DNA of 64,000 bases, taken from Candidatus Bathyarchaeota archaeon (GTDB lineage Archaea > Thermoproteota > Bathyarchaeia > Bathyarchaeales > Bathycorpusculaceae). A model generated the notes under the pieces. The model did no database searches and was not told the origin of the DNA. It saw only the letters and a list, made by a program, of their open reading frames with translations. This document shows positions 60,838 to 64,000 of this stretch, piece after piece; position 1 is the stretch's first letter, and every line of letters starts with the position of its first letter. Both the position numbers and the translations under genes were made by a program. The stretch spans positions 64,001 through 128,000 of the forward strand of contig CAVZJV010000005.1 of NCBI GenBank assembly GCA_963775685.1. Reading direction: 5' to 3'.

Positions 60838-61189
60838 TTAGCTAAGGACCTAAACAAGAAAAGTCATAATGGCTGTTTGCGCCAATTTGTTGGGCGCATT
60901 CTGGTTTTTTTCCCATTCTGAATAGCCAAGGATGACTCTGTTGAGTTCTTGTTTGCGTTGATCCCATTGAGGCATGTATGATTTAGTAAGCAGCTCAAAT
61001 TGTTAGTTATGGTGCTTATCTTTTAGATGAGTCATTTCATTGACTATCACGTATTCTAAACAACGGGGCGATTCCTTGGCAAGCCCAAGACTGATCTGAG
61101 TACAAAAACTGTTTCATAAACTGTTTCAGTTTTGTTTCAGCCAACTGCCATAAGCCTCCATGCACATATGGTAATATGGTGATAAACAC

Positions 61190-61495
61190 ATGCAAAAAAC
61201 AAAAATCACAATCTCCCTGGTCGCTGTGGCGGCGTTGACCTTGGTGCTCGTTGGGTTGGCTTCAGCCCAAATCGCAGCTAACCAAACCTACACTGAAACA
61301 AGTGCAGACCCGAGTACTCCAACACCTAACAATGGCTTTTGGGGATGGATTGGCAACTGTTTTGGCTACGGAGCAAACCAAGCCTACGGTAACGGTTATG
61401 CAGCGCCTCAAGCGCCAACAGACGGCTCAACTCCTGCACCCAATCAAGGCAGCTATGGCTACGGATACGGCTATGGACCCTGCTGGGCAAGATAA
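61190..61495 (+). CDS. Secreted Gly/Tyr-rich small protein
   Basis: Signal peptide and a GYGYGYGPCW tail. Confidence 0.75.
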   Translation: MQKTKITISLVAVAALTLVLVGLASAQIAANQTYTETSADPSTPTPNNGFWGWIGNCFGYGANQAYGNGYAAPQAPTDGSTPAPNQGSYGYGYGYGPCWAR

Positions 61496-61708
61496 ATAAA
61501 ACTAAAACTCTTGCTCTGTGTTTTCCCCTTTTTTAGTTTTAATTTGGTTGTAATAGAATAATCATCTTACTAAAGACGCTTTCAGCGACTGTGCAATCAC
61601 CTGCAAAAACAAGAAAGACTTTGAAAATCCCAGCTGCAGAATCTGGGCAGTTAACTTAAACAGCTAATTCGACAGGAGGATTCAGTGTAAAATGCTCTTC
61701 TGGAAAAA

Positions 61709-61784
61709 CGGGTCCGGAGGGATTTGAACCCTCGATCTCCGGCTCCGAAGGCCGACACCTTAATCCGTGCTAGGCTACGAACCC
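61709..61784 (-). tRNA. tRNA-Arg(TCG)
   Basis: Cloverleaf on the minus strand, anticodon loop CT-TCG-GA, GTTCAAATC. CCA is not encoded. Confidence 0.92.
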
Positions 61785-61883
61785 AACTTAAACCTAACAA
61801 CTCATTAATGGGGTTGCATTAAAAGATTTACGGCAATTCTTATAAACCCACATAATATTAGATTTGTGTCATCTCAAAAATGG

Positions 61884-61961
61884 GGGCCGGTAGCTCAGCT
61901 TGGCTGGAGCGTTCGACTGATAATCGAAAGGTCGGCAGTTCAAATCCGCCTCGGCCCACCA
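61884..61961 (+). tRNA. tRNA-Ile(GAT)
   Basis: GGGCCGG...TTCGA-CTGATAA-TCGAA...GTTCAAATC...TCGGCCCACCA. Confidence 0.92.
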
Positions 61962-62169
61962 TTTCCCAATCTTCTGAAACACCAAAGAGTTGTATGTGAC
62001 TGCGATCAGCCTACCACAAACGTTTATGTTGAAACCACTCTAATAAATAGAGTAAATACTTTCTCACAAGTCATCCGATGGAAGATTTAGATTATGAAGA
62101 AAATTCAAGATTCTAAGTTGAAAAGTCATAAAGAAAAAGATGCAATATAATAAAGTATCTTGTTCAAGA

Positions 62170-62337
62170 ATGCCCATCATCAAATGTGATTGTGGAGCAA
62201 GAATCTTGGTGGTTCCTGACTTAGCTGCGATGGATAGAGCAATAAAAGCCCATCTTTCTGAGCATAAAGGCGCTGACGAACATTTCTTAGTTAAGCAAAT
62301 TCTTAGTATTGCAAGCAAACAAACGATATTAATTTAA
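62170..62337 (+). CDS. Small CxC/HxxxH zinc-binding protein
   Basis: KCDCG...HLSEH. Confidence 0.6.
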   Translation: MPIIKCDCGARILVVPDLAAMDRAIKAHLSEHKGADEHFLVKQILSIASKQTILI

Positions 62338-62382
62338 GAACTAGATCCATACAATAATCTTTCATATCGTTAATTAAATTGA

Positions 62383-62754
62383 GTGAATAATATTTGTTGG
62401 GTGCTTGACTTGACTGAGAAAAAACCTAAACCTCAAGAAAACCATGATGCTTGTGTTAGAGCTGTTGCCGAAGAATTGAAGCGAGATAATTGGACAGTTA
62501 AGGCGGATTTAGAGGGCTATCAGAAACCTTCTGTTTTGGTTAAAGGTTACATGCCTGATGTTCAGGCTGAAAAGAAAGGGTGCATCACCCGAATTTGCGA
62601 AATAGCAACCCCCGAAATGTTTGAAGGCAACACACAAAAATACATTGAATTCAAGAACTACTGTAACGAATACGATTTCCAAATGTACGTTGTGGATAAA
62701 GATGGAAAACGCAAGCGGATTGATCCTCAGACTTTTGGAAAAAATAGCCCTTAA
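62383..62754 (+). CDS. Hypothetical protein with a PD-(D/E)xK-like fold
   Basis: 'H...V...L...W.V' followed by MPDV...ICEI. Confidence 0.55.
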   Translation: MNNICWVLDLTEKKPKPQENHDACVRAVAEELKRDNWTVKADLEGYQKPSVLVKGYMPDVQAEKKGCITRICEIATPEMFEGNTQKYIEFKNYCNEYDFQMYVVDKDGKRKRIDPQTFGKNSP

Positions 62755-62889
62755 ATATAAGCACCATTCATCAATAAATATTGACTAAAAATATTTTTTT
62801 GTAAGATCTTTAAGAAAAATGGTATTTTTATCTTACGTGAGAACAGTCTTAAATCGAAAGGCTTAATAGTTAAAAATGTTCAATCTACC

Positions 62890-63189
62890 ATGAAAGGAAG
62901 CGAACAGTTGGCGCTGTCTAGAATGGAAATGTACCTCGCCATAATCAGGGTCTTAGACCGCGGGGACTCTATTACGCAGCAACAAGTTACACGTAAAGCA
63001 GGTCTTGGATTTGCCTTATCAAAAGAATTCTTCAACTTTCTAGTTAATTTGAACATAATAGTAGAAAAGACTGCGGGGTCAAAAATAGTCTACACCCTCA
63101 CTGACAAGGGACAAAGATTATGCACCTATTTTGGTTTAGACGACGACAACCCAATTTTTCGCGGAACTGGAATATTTCGAATTGACTAA
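62890..63189 (+). CDS. Winged helix-turn-helix regulator
   Basis: SRMEMY..II...YTLTDKG. Confidence 0.8.
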   Translation: MKGSEQLALSRMEMYLAIIRVLDRGDSITQQQVTRKAGLGFALSKEFFNFLVNLNIIVEKTAGSKIVYTLTDKGQRLCTYFGLDDDNPIFRGTGIFRID

Positions 63190-63211
63190 AAAGAGAACTT
63201 TACGAATAAAT

Positions 63212-63514
63212 TTAGAGGAGGTTTTCCTCAATAGAAACTGGCAAGAATTTGCTTTCTTCTTTTACGGGAAGTTTTTTGTCTTCGCCAAAGAACCGGATAA
63301 CCGCTGATCCTCGATTGGTGTTTCCGTAAGCAATATTTTTTTTCTCCAGTGATATCTCTTCAATTAATCCTTGTTTTATCAGAAAGCCAATGTTTTCTAA
63401 GAGAATGTTGCAAGTTAAGTTTGTTTCATGCATGATATTTGGAAGCTGCAAAGGTCCTTTTTGTGCTAAAACCTTCATTATTTCAACCTGCATTTCTAGT
63501 TTAGAGCGTCTCAT
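63212..63514 (-). CDS. Winged helix-turn-helix regulator
   Basis: MRRSKLEM...IM..TNL...LIKQGLIEE...T.RG. Confidence 0.8.
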   Translation of the reverse strand: MRRSKLEMQVEIMKVLAQKGPLQLPNIMHETNLTCNILLENIGFLIKQGLIEEISLEKKNIAYGNTNRGSAVIRFFGEDKKLPVKEESKFLPVSIEENLL

Positions 63515-63661
63515 ATTGAACCCTTCATAGAGGGTAGACACAATTCCGTATTAACAATTTGTGTGTAGAAAATATATACTCAATTCAAAGCCACATTCAA
63601 CTAAACAGCTTCTGGACAAATCCCCATTTTCCCTAAACTCAATCTTTGAGATCTTATTCGT

Positions 63662-64000
63662 CTACTTTTTCTTATTGGGTGTCTCATCGGTTTCAAATTC
63701 ATCCTTTGTCGCTTCCTCTATTATCTCAGCAACTTTCTGGAGAGGATGAATGATTCTGTCGACAGACGCAGGCAAATGGTGAATTGCATGGTGCTTAACG
63801 GTGATGGCATAAACTTTAGAGACTTCTGATCCGAAGAGAACAATCAGGTTTAAAACAAAGATCCAAATCAAAATAATCAGCAACACACCTGCCGCCCCGA
63901 CGATTGTTGTGACGATGAATATTTGAATATACGTTCCAAAAATATAGTTTGCTACAGTGAATGCAGTACCAGTCACTATGGATGCTACTTTAACGTCTTG
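63662..64000 (-). CDS. YihY/BrkB family membrane protein, C-terminal part (runs off the window)
   Basis: GAAG.LLIILIWIF....IVLFGSE. Confidence 0.75.
   Translation of the reverse strand, partial: QDVKVASIVTGTAFTVANYIFGTYIQIFIVTTIVGAAGVLLIILIWIFVLNLIVLFGSEVSKVYAITVKHHAIHHLPASVDRIIHPLQKVAEIIEEATKDEFETDETPNKKK

Noticed and set aside
257-63749. Numerous short antisense or overlapping ORFs in the six-frame track
   Set aside because: They are shadows of well-supported genes on the other strand or frame and have no motifs of their own.
1-64000. CRISPR array or cas genes
   Set aside because: No regularly spaced repeat-spacer series or Cas motifs were seen.

Overview
This is archaeal DNA, most consistent with Bathyarchaeia/TACK (archaeal PheRS, TFB, Mch, Nre, PEF-CTERM sorting signal, TackOD1-like protein). 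From left to right: (1) 0-11 kb holds an uncharacterised isoprenoid/lipid cluster (geranylgeranyl reductase-like, polyprenyl synthase, helical protein, CrtC/tocopherol-cyclase-like, SCP2, beta-rich Cys-repeat protein) near an MmpL transporter. (2) 11-30 kb is core-like: flavin oxidoreductase, SDR, three paralogous nucleotidyltransferases next to citG-like and mch, pheST, a decayed vapBC and an ABC exporter. (3) 29.85-39.43 kb is an AT-rich integrated element of about 9.6 kb with imperfect 26-bp terminal inverted repeats. It encodes an atypical tyrosine recombinase, a HerA/FtsK-type ATPase, HEPN-like and PD-(D/E)xK-like nucleases and a PEF-CTERM surface protein. It also has three long intergenic hairpins and strongly avoids GATC/CTAG/GGCC/CCGG. 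(4) 39.4-51 kb carries a GT-C-like protein, tRNA-Asp, nre, a metal ABC transporter and a NUDIX hydrolase. (5) 51-64 kb is a pseudogene-rich regulatory region (His kinase, TFB, ligase remnant, winged HTH proteins, tRNA-Arg, tRNA-Ile). Several single-base frameshifts, including one in the essential pheT, suggest residual assembly indels. All family calls come from reading motifs by eye, not from database searches.
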